64,000 bases of DNA, from NCBI GenBank assembly GCA_015491905.1, contig WGGC01000066.1, forward strand, positions 3,833 to 67,832. The letters are read 5' to 3'. Positions 46,097 through 56,471 of the stretch are shown piece after piece; position 1 is the stretch's first letter; each line of letters opens with the position of its first letter. A program made the position numbers and the translations under genes. Under the pieces are notes generated by a model that made no database searches, had not been told where the DNA came from, and saw only the letters and a list, made by a program, of their open reading frames with translations. The stretch comes from Bacteroidales bacterium. Lineage in GTDB: Bacteria > Bacteroidota > Bacteroidia > Bacteroidales > F082.

Positions 46097-46315
46097 ACCT
46101 GAGTTCTACATAAGACTTTGTTTCAGTCATAGATAATTTTTTCCTGAACGATGCAAAATTTCGCAGGACTATCGGGATAATTCAAGGAATTTTGCGGAAG
46201 TATAGGGGAAAATTATCATGACCCTTTAGGGAAAGCCAACAAAAAGCCATCTTTGATGAAAAAAACTCACTCCCTGTTGGTTTTCTGTAGCTAAAGTCTT
46301 ATGTCGAACTCAGGT
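46097..46315. mobile_element. 219-bp MITE (non-autonomous element) with 23-bp terminal inverted repeats
   Basis: ACCTGAGTTCTACATAAGACTTT (46097-46119) versus AAAGTCTTATGTCGAACTCAGGT (46293-46315), 1 mismatch; possible TAAAA target duplication (46092-46096, 46316-46320); no ORF. Confidence 0.75.
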
Positions 46316-46316
46316 T

Positions 46317-46354
46317 AAAAGTAAATGGGTTACTTTAGTAACCCATTTACTTTT
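46317..46354. terminator. Bidirectional terminator between yitT and ssb
   Basis: AAAAGTAAATGGGTTACT / AGTAACCCATTTACTTTT perfect inverted repeat. Confidence 0.8.
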
Positions 46355-46367
46355 ATTTAAGGGTTTT

Positions 46368-46706
46368 CTAATTTTCTTTTCCCAGAAGAACGATTTCGTT
46401 GGCAACAACTTCTGTCATAAACTTTTTGTTTCCATCAGCATCTTCCCAGGATCTGCTGACAAGTTTTCCCTGAATACCTGTTTCTTTACCTTTAGAAAGG
46501 AATTTTTGTGCTAACTCAGCTGTTTTGCCCCATGCAACAATATTGTGCCATTGGGTTTCTTTTACTTGTTTTCCTTCTGCATCACGATAGTAATCATTTG
46601 TAGCCAGTGAAAATTTAGCCATAGTTTTGTTTTCACCAAAGGTTTTAATTTCCGGGTCGTTTCCCAGTCTTCCAATTAAACTTACTGAATTTCTTAAAGA
46701 TGTCAT
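46368..46706 (-). CDS. ssb: Single-stranded DNA-binding protein (short, no acidic tail)
   Basis: NSVSLIGRLGNDPE, FSLATN, TQWHNIVAWG, TEVVANEI. Confidence 0.92.
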   Translation of the reverse strand: MTSLRNSVSLIGRLGNDPEIKTFGENKTMAKFSLATNDYYRDAEGKQVKETQWHNIVAWGKTAELAQKFLSKGKETGIQGKLVSRSWEDADGNKKFMTEVVANEIVLLGKEN

Positions 46707-46959
46707 TTTGTATAAAATTAATAGTTAATAAATAGAATTGACTTAATTGTTATTCATCATCAAAATAATATGTGAATCAAACAATGGTACAAAAGTAAAG
46801 CGGTGGTAATTTTTATTCGGTTAATAGTCATTTACTTCCGTTTAACATTCGTTTATAAACGGTTAAAAATGAAAAAAAACCTGAAGATAAGTAATTTACA
46901 ACCACAATTAGTGGTTTAAATTTTATAAGGAGTAAAGACACATAAAATAAAGAAATACA

Positions 46960-48021
46960 TTATTTATTTACAGGCGGTACTTTAAAGCTGATACTATATA
47001 AGATTGACTGTACCTGGAGAAGAATATTTCTTTTGTTATGATTTGGATAATAAACATATCCGAATAAAGTTACAATCTCATTAGTTTTATGATCTAGAAA
47101 AGTATAACTTACAAAAGGGCCACCCATAAAATCATGTTCTACTCTCCAAAGTCCAATTATTTCGGCGGCATATTTTGTAGGGAAGTTTGTAGTAATTTTA
47201 TAGTGAGGGATTTCAAACTTTCTGTCTAATGCCATATACGAACCATTTGTAGGGCCTGGGATAAAGCGTCTTTGGTAATTCTGTATTCTGTTAAGAATAC
47301 TTTCTCTTGAAAATTGTGCTGTATCTACATAAGGAACTGAAATTATCAATATTCCCTGGCTATACATGCTGGCTTCATGACGTATCCACATAAAACCAGG
47401 ATCTGTTTTAGCAATATAAAAACCTGTTGGAACATCAAGTGTAAAGCCAAACTGTTTTTTAATTTTTTCTATTAATTTAACATCCAGGGAAGTTTTGAAA
47501 ACGTCAATTATCCTTTGTCTTTCCAGTGCCTGAAAGCGCCTCATAATAACACTGTTATTGTTTGAAAATACTTTTTCGAAAACAGTAGAAGAAGGTGCTG
47601 TAATTGTAAAAACCAATTGGGGTGCTGCCCATACATCAGCTCTTAACCTGATACTGGGACGGGTAACTTTAGGGTCAATATTAACAACAATAATATTGCG
47701 TTGCTTTTTAAACATGTCATTAAAAATTTTTTCTGTGACATGTAACAATTTAAATTTTGGTTCCGGTTGTGGCAATCCATATTGAGGTGCTGCCATATAT
47801 TTTTTAATTGTTTTACCTATAGTTCCCTTCCATTGCTGGTCATTTTGAAGAACAACCAATACTTCATCTGTTCCCCCTATTGAACTTGGTTTAATTTGCT
47901 GAGACCTTATATTCTTCTCATTTTTATTACCACTTTTTTTTGATTTAGAATTACAGGAAGACAATCCCGGTAATATAAGAATAGCTATCAGCAGAACCGA
48001 AAGAATATTTTTTAATTTCAT
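46960..48021 (-). CDS. DUF4837-family lipoprotein
   Basis: Lipobox LSS-C; YGLPQPEPKF, DVWAAPQLV, IPGPTNGSYM, DFMGGPFVSY. Confidence 0.82.
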   Translation of the reverse strand: MKLKNILSVLLIAILILPGLSSCNSKSKKSGNKNEKNIRSQQIKPSSIGGTDEVLVVLQNDQQWKGTIGKTIKKYMAAPQYGLPQPEPKFKLLHVTEKIFNDMFKKQRNIIVVNIDPKVTRPSIRLRADVWAAPQLVFTITAPSSTVFEKVFSNNNSVIMRRFQALERQRIIDVFKTSLDVKLIEKIKKQFGFTLDVPTGFYIAKTDPGFMWIRHEASMYSQGILIISVPYVDTAQFSRESILNRIQNYQRRFIPGPTNGSYMALDRKFEIPHYKITTNFPTKYAAEIIGLWRVEHDFMGGPFVSYTFLDHKTNEIVTLFGYVYYPNHNKRNILLQVQSILYSISFKVPPVNK

Positions 48022-48149
48022 GGCTTATAATTTTATCTTTTAGTATTTTATGTTTTAATAAGAAATTAAAATTTAGTTAAAAAAAATTACTATAAAATTA
48101 GCTGAAATATTTTAATTATAATTTTAAAAAAATAAAAAAGATAAAATTT

Positions 48150-49949
48150 TTATCCAATTGTAGCAATTTTAATTTTCATACCCGGCCTTAAGCGGTGGCT
48201 GTTACGAATATGATTTAATCGTTTAATTTGCTGTACAGTAACGCCATCATATTCCTGAGCAATATCCCATAAGGTATCTCCTTTTTTTACAATATGGTAA
48301 ACATACTTACCATTTTTTATTGTAGAGGTATTTTTCTCGTTGGGTTTATAAACAAAAATTTTCTGACCGGGATAAATCCGGGAGTTTTTAAGGTTATTCC
48401 ATTCTTTTAAATCAGTAGGTGTACATCTGTATTTTTTTGCAATGAGGCCAAGATTTTCTCCGGATCTGACGATATGCATTGTTTTACTTCCTGAGCGAGA
48501 AATTGGAACTCTGGTTTTTTGATAAAATTTACTGTTTCCGGAGCCATAAATTACTAATTTTTGACCCGAATAAATCCGGCTACTTCTTAGTTTATTCCAG
48601 AATTTTAACTGACTAACGTACACATGATATCGTTTTGCAATAAGTCCCAGGCTTTCACCATATCTTACAATATGAATATCACGATTTTTAATTTTTTTAA
48701 TGTCGGCCAGTAATTTTTCCCGTTCTATTCCTTTTTTTGTTTTGTATGCGTACAATGCTTGTTCATTATTTATAAAGTCATCGGTAAATTGACGTGGAAG
48801 TCTGATTACAAATGTTTTACCTTTATAAGCAGGAATAATACCCATTTTAAACTGGGGGTTAAGAAATTTTAATTCATCCAATGGAATTCCTAACATTTCA
48901 TGTAACTGATCAAATGATAATACATCATGTACTGTAACAGTATCTATATCATAAAAAAAGATGCCGGGCATCATTGGTTTCAGATTATGTTCAGCGCTAT
49001 AGTGCATAATATAATTTACGGCAATAAAAGCCGGAACATAGCCCCGGGTTTCTCTGGGTAGAAATGGCCATATTGCCCAATAGTTTCTTGTTCCTCCGGC
49101 ACGTCTAATAGCTCTGTTTACATTACCGGCTCCTGAATTATATGCTGCAAGTGCCAATGACCAATCTCCATAGATAGCATGCAAATCGGTTAAATGCTTG
49201 CAGGCAGCTTCTGTGGCTTTCACCGGGTCGTAACGATCATCAACCATAGATGTTACTTTAAGTCCGTAAACTTTTCCGGTACCATACATAAACTGCCATA
49301 ATCCTTTTGCGCCTTTTGGTGAGCCGGCAGCAGGATTGAGAGCTGATTCAACTACTGCCAGATACTTTATTTCCAAAGGCATATTATATTTATCCAATTC
49401 CTGCTCTATCATTGGAAAATAAATTTTGGCAAGGCCCAGTACCTTTTCAGTAAGTCGTCTTTTTTTAATTGCGTATAAATCAATAAAAGCTTTAACTTGT
49501 TTATTATAAATAAAATTAAAAGGGGTTTCAACGTTTAATGCGGCTATCCTTTTTTGATATACAGAATCCGGAAAGGTTGGAATAATATTATCTGATATAT
49601 TATGTTTTTTTCTGAGGTTTGTGTCTAATATAAGATATTGCTTTTTATAAAACTTTACATATGCCAGGCTGTCAAGGGCTTCAACAATAGGAGAGTCTTT
49701 TATAAGTTTATTGCCATTAACAATCATAGTTTTATGAATACTGTCGTTTACCCAGTCGAGATAACTTATTTTTTTTGGTAGCTGAATGCTGTCCCTGCTG
49801 GAGGGCATAATATCTGCCAAAGTGTCAACTTTTATTTTAGAAGAATCCACAATAGTTGTTAAAGAATCTTTCTTTTTAGGTTGTCCGAAAATTGCAGTGC
49901 TGACAAATGCAAAAATAAGTATGAGTTGAATTTTAAAATAAATTTTCAT
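48150..49949 (-). CDS. mltD: Lytic transglycosylase MltD-like with three LysM repeats
   Basis: [36 protein letters not shown]; LysM motifs [27 protein letters not shown]. Confidence 0.9.
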   Translation of the reverse strand: MKIYFKIQLILIFAFVSTAIFGQPKKKDSLTTIVDSSKIKVDTLADIMPSSRDSIQLPKKISYLDWVNDSIHKTMIVNGNKLIKDSPIVEALDSLAYVKFYKKQYLILDTNLRKKHNISDNIIPTFPDSVYQKRIAALNVETPFNFIYNKQVKAFIDLYAIKKRRLTEKVLGLAKIYFPMIEQELDKYNMPLEIKYLAVVESALNPAAGSPKGAKGLWQFMYGTGKVYGLKVTSMVDDRYDPVKATEAACKHLTDLHAIYGDWSLALAAYNSGAGNVNRAIRRAGGTRNYWAIWPFLPRETRGYVPAFIAVNYIMHYSAEHNLKPMMPGIFFYDIDTVTVHDVLSFDQLHEMLGIPLDELKFLNPQFKMGIIPAYKGKTFVIRLPRQFTDDFINNEQALYAYKTKKGIEREKLLADIKKIKNRDIHIVRYGESLGLIAKRYHVYVSQLKFWNKLRSSRIYSGQKLVIYGSGNSKFYQKTRVPISRSGSKTMHIVRSGENLGLIAKKYRCTPTDLKEWNNLKNSRIYPGQKIFVYKPNEKNTSTIKNGKYVYHIVKKGDTLWDIAQEYDGVTVQQIKRLNHIRNSHRLRPGMKIKIATIG

Positions 49950-50142
49950 TTGTTTAAAGTTTATATCTCATTGGTCAAATGAAACATCTATATTATTTTG
50001 TTAAAACACGAAATAAATTGTAATGATAATTAAACCATACATATTTAATGAAGATATTGCCAATAAAATAATTTTTTTACCGGATAATTATATTTTACCC
50101 TTTTTTTTACTAAAAAAATAATTCTCTAAGGTAAGAAAATTA

Positions 50143-50352
50143 TTATTTTTTCTTAGAGTCGTCATTTTCTTCAGCAGGCTTTTGATCCGGATTTTCACTA
50201 ACCCCTTCCTTAAACTCTTTAACACCTTTTCCTATTCCCCTCATTAATTCGGGTATTTTTTTACCTCCGAAAAGTAAAATAATTGCTAAAACAATTAATA
50301 CAATTTCAGGAGCTCCAAACCATCCTGCCTGATGTAACATTAAATTATTCAT
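50143..50352 (-). CDS. tatA: Twin-arginine translocase subunit TatA/E
   Basis: GAPEIVLIVLAIILLFGGKKIPELMRGIGKGVKEFK. Confidence 0.95.
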   Translation of the reverse strand: MNNLMLHQAGWFGAPEIVLIVLAIILLFGGKKIPELMRGIGKGVKEFKEGVSENPDQKPAEENDDSKKK

Positions 50353-50572
50353 GATTCATTTCCTTTTAAGGAATACAAAAGTAACACAAATCAATTAACC
50401 AAATACAAAATGATTTTTTTCATTAAATAAAGTTGTAGCAATAAATATAAATTATACTAGATGAAAAGATAAATATACGGCTAATATAACCGAAGTTATA
50501 ACAATTACAACGGTAACATTTGTTGGAAGTTTATCCTTTTCCGGATCATAATCGAATTTACTTTTCCACATT

Positions 50573-51775
50573 TTATTTTAAATTTTTTGGTAAATGACTC
50601 ATTCTTCTGCCATTTTTAAAGAATACAACGAAGGCACCCGGGACTTTATTTTTGGTTATTAAAATTTTTCTGTAGTAGTTGGCCTGGCTAAAGGTATCAA
50701 ACGAACCAACAGTATAAATGTAGTATCCATTATATTGATTTGACCTTATTTTTGATTCGGGAATATTGAAACGTTTGCTTAAATAAGACAGCGGAACAGG
50801 TTGACCATATTTAGCCCTTATCTGAACACGATATTCTAACATGGGTCTTGGAGGTGCCGGCATAATATGGCGTACAGGTTCTTTCACCTTTTTTTCAACA
50901 GGGTAAACGGGTTTTGGTTTAGGGGCTGTTTTCTTTGCCTTTTTAGGTGGCGAAAGAGGTTGCTTTGTAATATTAGAATTGTTGCTTCCAACAGGCCTGT
51001 TAAGAGTATTTTTTGTTGTGGTGGAGTAATTATTTTGTCTTCTTTGAAAAGTAGGAACGTTTCTTTTTTTACTGGTAAGTTTATAAGTTATCCCTATGGA
51101 AGTATAATTATATATATCATTTTTAGAAGTTAATAGAGGATCCATTTTTTTTGTGTTAAGAAATCTATTAACCGATTCTAATTGAAGACTCCAGGTGTTG
51201 TTAATTTTATAATTTACTCCAATTCCGCCTAAAAGTATTCCTTCCAGTGTTCTTCCGCCGATTCCTTTACCATGCCCATGCCCCATTTGCTCTAATAGAG
51301 TGGTGCTTGAAAGTTGAAATATCTCGGTATTGTAATTTGTTAAACCTATTCCAAAAGTTAAAAAGGCTCCCCATTTTCTCATTGGAGAATATCCTGAAAT
51401 TAAGTTATTTATATTAATAGTAGAATTTATATTAAATTCCAGATAATCACCTTGCAAATATTGGTCTGAATTAATATTAAATCCTGACAGTTGTCCATAA
51501 ATACTTTGTCCTCTTAACATAAAAACCGGAGATAATTCCCAGCCTATTTGTATTCCGGCTCCCATTCTCCACTCTGTATTGCCATTATATGTTGAAGGTA
51601 AAAATGAGGGTTGTTTAGGTTCTCCATAAAATAAACTGGCACCTGTTGACAATTGAATATTCCATGACCGCGAAAAGACAGTTGGACTTATTTTAACTGT
51701 TTGGGCTTGGCCAAATAAAGGAATTATTAGTAATAAACTAACAAATATTGCAGAATATATTTTAGTTGGCTTCAT
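50573..51775 (-). CDS. Exported protein: OmpA-like beta-barrel, Pro/Lys-rich linker, SPOR-like C-terminal domain
   Basis: Signal peptide; strands GAGIQIGWEL, GGIGVNYKI, IGITYKL; PPKKAKKTAPKPKP linker; YRVQI...YIYTVGSF...AFVVFFKNG. Confidence 0.65.
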   Translation of the reverse strand: MKPTKIYSAIFVSLLLIIPLFGQAQTVKISPTVFSRSWNIQLSTGASLFYGEPKQPSFLPSTYNGNTEWRMGAGIQIGWELSPVFMLRGQSIYGQLSGFNINSDQYLQGDYLEFNINSTININNLISGYSPMRKWGAFLTFGIGLTNYNTEIFQLSSTTLLEQMGHGHGKGIGGRTLEGILLGGIGVNYKINNTWSLQLESVNRFLNTKKMDPLLTSKNDIYNYTSIGITYKLTSKKRNVPTFQRRQNNYSTTTKNTLNRPVGSNNSNITKQPLSPPKKAKKTAPKPKPVYPVEKKVKEPVRHIMPAPPRPMLEYRVQIRAKYGQPVPLSYLSKRFNIPESKIRSNQYNGYYIYTVGSFDTFSQANYYRKILITKNKVPGAFVVFFKNGRRMSHLPKNLK

Positions 51776-51974
51776 ACTTAATTTTTTAATTAATAGTAAA
51801 AAAGTATTTTAAAAATGGATTCTGTAAATATAATGATTTTTAATTTATTACTTTATCCTGAGATTAAAATAATTAACATATGTATGTTAACATGACATAC
51901 TGTTGATATATGACAAAAAAATAAAGTCTTCTGAATAAATTTCAAAAGACTTTATCTTATAATATAAATATATC

Positions 51975-53699
51975 TTATTTGATATTATCTATCCAAATTT
52001 GGATTTCATCTTGTTGAATAGCAGAAAGAGATAATTTTTTCTTTTTCCTCAAGCCATTTAATTTTTGTTGAATAACGGTTACTTTATGTTCTTTTAGTTC
52101 TTCCGGTTTTGAGAATCCGGCTTCCATGATATGAATAGCCCATTCTTGGGGAACTCCTATTTTCATAAAGTCTTCAGGACCGTATGTTTTTACCGGTTTT
52201 TCAGGCCGCATTTGGGGAAAAAATAATACTTCCTGAATAGATGATTGGTTGGTCATAAGCATAGCTAACCTGTCAATGCCAATTCCCATTCCTGATGTGG
52301 GAGGCATACCATATTCCAGTGCACGCAGAAAGTCATAATCGATAAACATAGCTTCGTCATCTCCTTTTTCAGCAAGTTTTACTTGCTCCTCAAAACGTAA
52401 TCTTTGGTCGATGGGGTCATTGAGTTCGGTATATGCATTGGCAAGTTCCTTTCCGTTTACCATGAGTTCAAAGCGTTCTGTTAATTCAGGGTTTTCCCTG
52501 TGACGTTTACATAACGGTGACATTTCAACGGGGTAATCGGTAATAAATGTAGGTTGGATATAATTAGCCTCACATTTTTCGCCAAAAATTTCATCGATAA
52601 GTTTACCTTTTCCCATTGAAGGGTCTGTTTCAATATCAAGTTTTTTACATACTTCTCTTAGCTGATCTTCATTCATGCCATTTACATCTATACCTGTATT
52701 TTCTTTAATGGCATCCAGCATGCTGATTCGTTTGTATGGAGCAGCAAAGTCAATGGTACGATCTCCTACCTGAATTTTTGTTGTGCCGTGTATGTCTGTG
52801 GTAATTTTTTCAATCATTTGTTCGGTGGTCTCCATCATCCACAAATAGTCCTTGTATGCAACATACATTTCCATTTGGGTAAATTCAGGATTATGGAAAC
52901 GATCCATGCCTTCATTTCTAAAATCTTTAGCAAATTCATATACTCCTTCATAACCACCTACAATAAGCCTTTTCAGATAAAGTTCATTGGCAATACGCAG
53001 ATAAAGGGGAATGTCAAGAGCATTGTGATGTGTAACAAATGGTCGTGCGGCAGCTCCTCCCGGTATAGACTGGAGAATAGGAGTTTCTACTTCCAGATAG
53101 CCTTTAGCATTAAGAAAATTACGCATAGACTGTAAAATCTGTGCCCTTTTTATAAAAATATCTTTTACAGGATCGTTAACAATTAAATCAACATACCTTT
53201 GGCGGTACCTTTGATCCGGATCGGTAAAAGCATCATAAACTTTCCCTTCTTTTTCTTTAACAATCGGGAGTGGTTTTAATGATTTTGCCAGGACAGTAAA
53301 CTCTTTGACATGAATTGTGACTTCTCCCATTTTTGTAATAAAAGCATACCCTTTAATTCCAATAAAATCACCAATATCCAACAGTTTTTTAAAAACAGTA
53401 TTGTACATTGTTTTGTCGTCACCGGGACATACCTCATCACGTTTTATGTAAATTTGAATTTTTCCGGAAGAATCTTTAATTTCAGCAAATGAAGCTGCCC
53501 CCATAATGCGCCGGCTCATAATACGTCCTGCCATAGAGACTTCCTGGTATAAGGCATTGTTTTCAGGGAAGTTATTTAAAACCTCCTGAGCGTGAGCATT
53601 TACCGGATAGGCGGCTTGTGGATAAGGATTGATACCCAGTTTTTTTAATTCTTGCAGTGCGTTTCTTCTTACAATTTCCTGTTCGCTTAACTGTTGCAT
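51975..53699 (-). CDS. lysS: Lysine--tRNA ligase (class II)
   Basis: [50 protein letters not shown]; TATCTTTG promoter at 53727-53734 (minus strand). Confidence 0.97.
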   Translation of the reverse strand: MQQLSEQEIVRRNALQELKKLGINPYPQAAYPVNAHAQEVLNNFPENNALYQEVSMAGRIMSRRIMGAASFAEIKDSSGKIQIYIKRDEVCPGDDKTMYNTVFKKLLDIGDFIGIKGYAFITKMGEVTIHVKEFTVLAKSLKPLPIVKEKEGKVYDAFTDPDQRYRQRYVDLIVNDPVKDIFIKRAQILQSMRNFLNAKGYLEVETPILQSIPGGAAARPFVTHHNALDIPLYLRIANELYLKRLIVGGYEGVYEFAKDFRNEGMDRFHNPEFTQMEMYVAYKDYLWMMETTEQMIEKITTDIHGTTKIQVGDRTIDFAAPYKRISMLDAIKENTGIDVNGMNEDQLREVCKKLDIETDPSMGKGKLIDEIFGEKCEANYIQPTFITDYPVEMSPLCKRHRENPELTERFELMVNGKELANAYTELNDPIDQRLRFEEQVKLAEKGDDEAMFIDYDFLRALEYGMPPTSGMGIGIDRLAMLMTNQSSIQEVLFFPQMRPEKPVKTYGPEDFMKIGVPQEWAIHIMEAGFSKPEELKEHKVTVIQQKLNGLRKKKKLSLSAIQQDEIQIWIDNIK

Positions 53700-53862
53700 T
53701 TATTTTCTGTTATTTGAAATTTTTTGCAAAGATAGTATATCTCATTTATACACTTATAGAGTTATTTTTAAAAATATTAAAATGGTGTATTTTTATTTTC
53801 TTTTTACTTGTAACATACATGCTCTCTAACTCACAATACTTTTTCCTTACTTTTGCATTATT

Positions 53863-55761
53863 ATGAAGAAAATGGTGTCTCCCGGAAAATTGTTGGCGGA
53901 AATTAATTCTCCTTTGGATTTGAGAAAAGTACCTGTAGAGAAACTTCCTGAACTTTCCAGTGAAATAAGGGATTTTATTCTGGATATTACTTCAGTACAT
54001 CCGGGGCATTTGGGCGCAAGCCTCGGAGTGGTAGAGCTCACCATTGCTTTACATTATATTTTCAATACTCCTTATGATCGCTTAATATGGGATGTTGGGC
54101 ATCAGGCTTATGCCCATAAAATATTAACCGGCAGGCGAAATAGCTTTCATACCTTAAGGCAGTACAAGGGAATTAGTGGTTTCCCTTCACGTATGGAAAG
54201 TAAGTATGATGCTTTTGGCACCGGTCATGCTTCCACAAGCATTTCGGCAGCACTTGGAATGGCAGAGGCTGCTTGCTTAAAAGGAGAGACAGAAAGACAT
54301 CATATTGCAGTAATAGGCGATGGAGCAATGACAGGAGGAATGGCTATAGAAGGGTTGAATAATGCAGGTGCCAGTAAAGCAAACCTATTGGTGATATTAA
54401 ATGATAATGGAATTTCTATTGATAAAAATGTAGGGGTAATTCCGGATTACCTGAAAGGAATGAGTCATAATTTGGTATTAAATGGTGATGCTGTTAAAAC
54501 TTTTATTTCCAATAGTAGAGAAAAAAGAAAACGTCAAAGAAAAAATAAAGAAATTGATAAGGATGCTTTTTTAAGAAGTAGTAATTTATTTGAAGCTTTT
54601 GGTTTTGAATATTTTGGCCCTGTCGATGGAAATGATTTATCAGTTTTAATTCCGGTTCTTAATGAAATGAAAAAACTAACAGGCCCTCGTTTATTGCACA
54701 TTGTTACTGTAAAAGGTAAGGGTTTTGAAAAAGCAGAACAGGAACAAACCATTTTTCATGCCCCCGGGCGTTTTGACAGGAATACAGGAGCTTTGCTGGC
54801 TGAGAATACTGATAATAGAATTACTTTTCAGGAAGTTTATGGAAAAACATTGCTGGAATTAGCTTCATTAAATAAAAAGGTTGTTGCAGTAACTCCTGCA
54901 ATGCCAACAGGGTCAGCGTTAAATTTTATGATGGAAAAATATCCGCAACGTGTTTTTGATACTGGCATTGCTGAGCAACATGCGGTTACTTTTTCTGCAG
55001 GTTTGGCAGCAGAAGGCCTGATACCTTTTTGTACTATATATTCTACATTTTTACAGCGTGCTTATGATCAGGTAATACATGATGTGGCATTGCAAAAACT
55101 ACATGTTATTTTTGGTATTGATCGCGCCGGAATAGTAGGTGCTGATGGTGCCACTCATCATGGTATTTTTGATTTAGCATATTTAAGTTGTATTCCAAAT
55201 ATGACTATAGCAGCACCTATGGATGAAAGAGATTTGCGTAATATAATGTTTTCTGCTCAGGAATATAAAGAAGGCCCGGTAGCTATCAGATATCCAAGAG
55301 GTTATGGTTTTTATGATGCGAGTCATTGGAGGCATCCATATAAAAAAATATCTAAAGGAAAAGGCAGGCTGATAAAAGAAGGAACTGATGTGGCTGTTTT
55401 AAGTCTCGGTCAACCGGGTAATTATGCCAAGGAAGCATGTACGCGTTTGGAAAAAGAATCTATTTCAGTTGCGCTGTACGATATGCGTTTTTTAAAACCT
55501 TTGGATCAAAATATTTTGGAAGAAGTTTTTAATAAGTTTAATAAAATTATTACCATTGAAGATGGGGTTCTTACAGGAGGTTTTGGATCTGTGATTTCTT
55601 CTGTTGCTATTAAAAAAGAATGGAAAGGTTCGTTGGTTTCACTGGGTATTACAGATAAATTTCCAGAACATGGTGATAAAGAAACGTTATATAAAGAATG
55701 TGGACTGGATATAGATAGTATTCAAACACAAGTCAGGGCATTAGTAAAAAAACAGATATAA
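53863..55761 (+). CDS. dxs: 1-deoxy-D-xylulose-5-phosphate synthase
   Basis: GHLGASLGVVEL, WDVGHQAYAHK, GHASTSISAALG, GDGAMTGG..E..NN, GIAEQHA, DRAG; TACTTTTG at 53848-53855. Confidence 0.96.
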   Translation: MKKMVSPGKLLAEINSPLDLRKVPVEKLPELSSEIRDFILDITSVHPGHLGASLGVVELTIALHYIFNTPYDRLIWDVGHQAYAHKILTGRRNSFHTLRQYKGISGFPSRMESKYDAFGTGHASTSISAALGMAEAACLKGETERHHIAVIGDGAMTGGMAIEGLNNAGASKANLLVILNDNGISIDKNVGVIPDYLKGMSHNLVLNGDAVKTFISNSREKRKRQRKNKEIDKDAFLRSSNLFEAFGFEYFGPVDGNDLSVLIPVLNEMKKLTGPRLLHIVTVKGKGFEKAEQEQTIFHAPGRFDRNTGALLAENTDNRITFQEVYGKTLLELASLNKKVVAVTPAMPTGSALNFMMEKYPQRVFDTGIAEQHAVTFSAGLAAEGLIPFCTIYSTFLQRAYDQVIHDVALQKLHVIFGIDRAGIVGADGATHHGIFDLAYLSCIPNMTIAAPMDERDLRNIMFSAQEYKEGPVAIRYPRGYGFYDASHWRHPYKKISKGKGRLIKEGTDVAVLSLGQPGNYAKEACTRLEKESISVALYDMRFLKPLDQNILEEVFNKFNKIITIEDGVLTGGFGSVISSVAIKKEWKGSLVSLGITDKFPEHGDKETLYKECGLDIDSIQTQVRALVKKQI

Positions 55762-55852
55762 TAAACACACCAAATAAATCTGATAACAAATAGTAAAGGA
55801 TAAATTGTATTTTTGTAATACAATGAATTAAAACAAATTTGGAAAACCAATT

Positions 55853-56434
55853 ATGTACGAATACATTTCAGGAAAGATTATTGAGCGCACACCTACTTTT
55901 GTAATAGTTGAAAATAATGGTATAGGATATTTTATTAACATTTCGCTGCATACATTTGATAAAATTAAATCCCTTGAAACGGCTAAGTTTTTTCTTCATT
56001 TTATTGTCAGGGAAGATGCACAAATTTTTTACGGATTTTATGATGATAATGAGCGGGTTTTGTTCCGGGCTTTGATTTCGGTGTCAGGGGTAGGTGCTAA
56101 TACTGCCCGATTGGTATTGTCCGCGTTATCTCCCGAAGATGCTTATCAGGCTATAGCGTCCGCTGATGTTGTTAAACTTACAAGCGTTAAAGGAATAGGC
56201 GGAAAAACGGCACAACGAATTGTGGTGGATCTGAAAGATAAACTTGTGAAAAAGGGATTTATAACAGAAAATATGGGGTCTTCTCACAATACAATCAAAG
56301 AAGAAGCGTTATCAGGATTACAGATATTGGGTTTTAATAAAATAGCTGCTTCCCGGGTATTGGATAAAATATTAAAAAGCGGTAATGTAGATACTGTGGA
56401 AGGTCTTATAAAAGAAGCGTTAAAAATTCTTTAA
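55853..56434 (+). CDS. ruvA: Holliday junction branch migration protein RuvA
   Basis: LISVSGVGANTA, VKGIGGKTAQRIVVDLKDK, EALSGL. Confidence 0.96.
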   Translation: MYEYISGKIIERTPTFVIVENNGIGYFINISLHTFDKIKSLETAKFFLHFIVREDAQIFYGFYDDNERVLFRALISVSGVGANTARLVLSALSPEDAYQAIASADVVKLTSVKGIGGKTAQRIVVDLKDKLVKKGFITENMGSSHNTIKEEALSGLQILGFNKIAASRVLDKILKSGNVDTVEGLIKEALKIL

Positions 56435-56471
56435 AATTCAAATTATTGTTTTTTGGTTAATCACTAGCGAA

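Noticed and set aside
51975-52170. C-terminal extension on LysS as a novelty
   Set aside because: From recall, a similar extension is common in Bacteroidales LysS.
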